The translations under genes were made by a program, and so were the position numbers. A stretch of DNA of 64,000 bases from Podarcis bocagei (Eukaryota): assembly GCA_964188305.1 (NCBI GenBank), contig OZ076889.1; one strand, written 5' to 3'. Shown piece by piece: positions 62,398-64,000 of this stretch; position 1 is the stretch's first letter; every line of letters begins with the position of its first letter. The notes beneath the pieces were generated by a model. It worked only from the letters and a program-made list of their open reading frames with translations, was not told where the DNA came from and searched no databases.

Positions 62398-62755
62398 GAG
62401 GTAAGGTAAAAGACCCCTGGACGGTTAAGTCCAGTCAAAGGCACCCATCTCGCTTTCAGGCCAAGGGAGCCAGCGTTTCTCCACAGATAGATTTCCAGGT
62501 CATGTGGCCAACATGACTAAACCGCTTCTGGCGCAACAGGACACTGTGATGGAAGCCAGAGTGCATGGAAACACTGTTTACCTTCCTGCTACAATGGTAC
62601 CTATTTATCTGCTTGCACTTGTGTGCTTTCGAACTGCTAGGTTGGCTGGAGCTGGGACAGAGCAATGGGAGATCACCACTGTCGTACAGATTTGAACCGC
62701 CAGCCTTCTGATGGTTCAGTGCTCAGTGGTTTAGACCACAGTGCCACCCACATCC
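62398..62755 (-). mobile_element. Sauria SINE, divergent or older subfamily
   Basis: Shares the family core but has an extra CAACAGGACACTGTGATGGAAG segment. Confidence 0.8.
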
Positions 62756-63126
62756 CCTCTTACTAACCAACAAACTGAAACTAACATGGGGACAAATAAA
62801 AGAGGACGCCTTCACGTCCACTGAACTAATTGATGTTTCTGTCCATCTATTCTCTGCTGGCCAGTCAGGATGGGCAAAAGGATGAAGCAGACATGTTACC
62901 CAGTGCAGTTTTTGAAGGACATCTTTTGCTGTCATCAATGGAAAGACCTCCAAGCCAATGTGAGGAGGTTGACTGCAGAGTTCCTCATTCACTGGACTGG
63001 CACTCCACATGGTGTATTGAGTATGAATGGATGTGAATAATTCTGTCCACAGAGTAGCTCTCAGTCATGTCATATAGCAGTAGTAAATTGGATCGGGATT
63101 TAAACCAGGTTTTAACAGGATTGAGA

Positions 63127-63442
63127 GGGACGTGGGTGGCACTGTGGGTTAAACCACAGAGCCTAGGACTTGCCAATCAGAAGGTCGGCAGTTTGAATCC
63201 CCGCGACAGGGTGAGCTCCAATTGCTCGGTCCCTGCTCCTGTCCAACCTAGCAGTTCGAAAGCACGTCAAAGTGCAAGTAGATAAATAGTGCCGCTCTGG
63301 CGGGAAGGTAAATGGCGTTTCCGTGCACTGCTCTGGTTTGCCAGAAGCGGTATGCCAGCTCCTTCAGCCAATAAAGCGAGATGAGCACCGCAACCCCAGA
63401 GTCGGCCATGACTGGACCCAATGGTCAGGGGTTCCTTTACCT
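63127..63442 (+). mobile_element. Sauria SINE
   Basis: Same family; TSD TTAACAGGATT. Confidence 0.92.
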
Positions 63443-64000
63443 TAACAGGATTATTTCTGGTAAACATTGTGTTGGGTGGTGCTGAACAGATACAACCATA
63501 TTGGAGAAATGACGTTTCTTTGCTTCTATCACAGTATAGGCCTGCAAATGGATTCTAGCCTTTGGTAGGATTTTGTCCTGCATTTTCTTCTATTGTTAAC
63601 CTATATTGTCTGTGATGCTTCGTGAGCCAGCTCTCTGGAGCATGGACTCTAGCCTGTGGAAGAGGGTTTGTGCCTAAGTCAACTCCTTATTCCAGAGACT
63701 GACTAGCACTTTGACAGGATGGTCAGTTAGTTTGATTGGCAACTTCCCAGGGCATTTTGAAAATTCAAGAGAGCCAACAGCCTTGTGGGGATGCCTATCA
63801 CTCCTGCAGAGGCCAAAAGTCCCTATTCTCACGTACCAATCTGTTAAGCGCATGCTTTGCAAAAAAAAAAAAAAGTTCGAGGTTTGAGTCCCAGCATTTC
63901 CAGTTAGCTCTGGGAAAGACTCTGGTTTCACTGTTACCAATCAGTGTCGACAAGACTGGGCTAAATGGACCAATGGTCTGACTTGGTATAAGGGTGTTCC

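Overview
This is vertebrate genomic DNA, most likely from a lacertid lizard, judging by the Sauria SINEs, Squam3-like SINEs, Bov-B, CR1, L2 and hAT/mariner MITEs. The whole window lies inside the DPYD (dihydropyrimidine dehydrogenase) gene on the + strand. Coding exon 2 is fully visible at 1117-1227. The start of exon 3 (acceptor plus AAC TGT GA, 'NCE') is at 30514 and runs into an N-gap. The rest is TE-rich intron, and most ORF-track entries are spurious or TE-derived. The most notable feature is a young, 5'-truncated Penelope-like retroelement (~41612-43366, - strand). It has an uninterrupted RT + GIY-YIG frame and a pseudo-LTR with a TATA-like box and a minimal hammerhead ribozyme. Its 5' junction appears to record three consecutive template switches: a 22-nt fold-back copy of itself, a 215-bp inverted copy of its own 3' end plus ~195 bp of host flank, and a join to a half mariner MITE broken near its hairpin apex. 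Other oddities include 136-bp MITEs with near-identical cores but symmetrically different TIRs, a palindromic 60-bp VNTR inside a MITE, telomeric hexamers in a hAT MITE, and a solo LTR flanked by a ~95-bp duplication.
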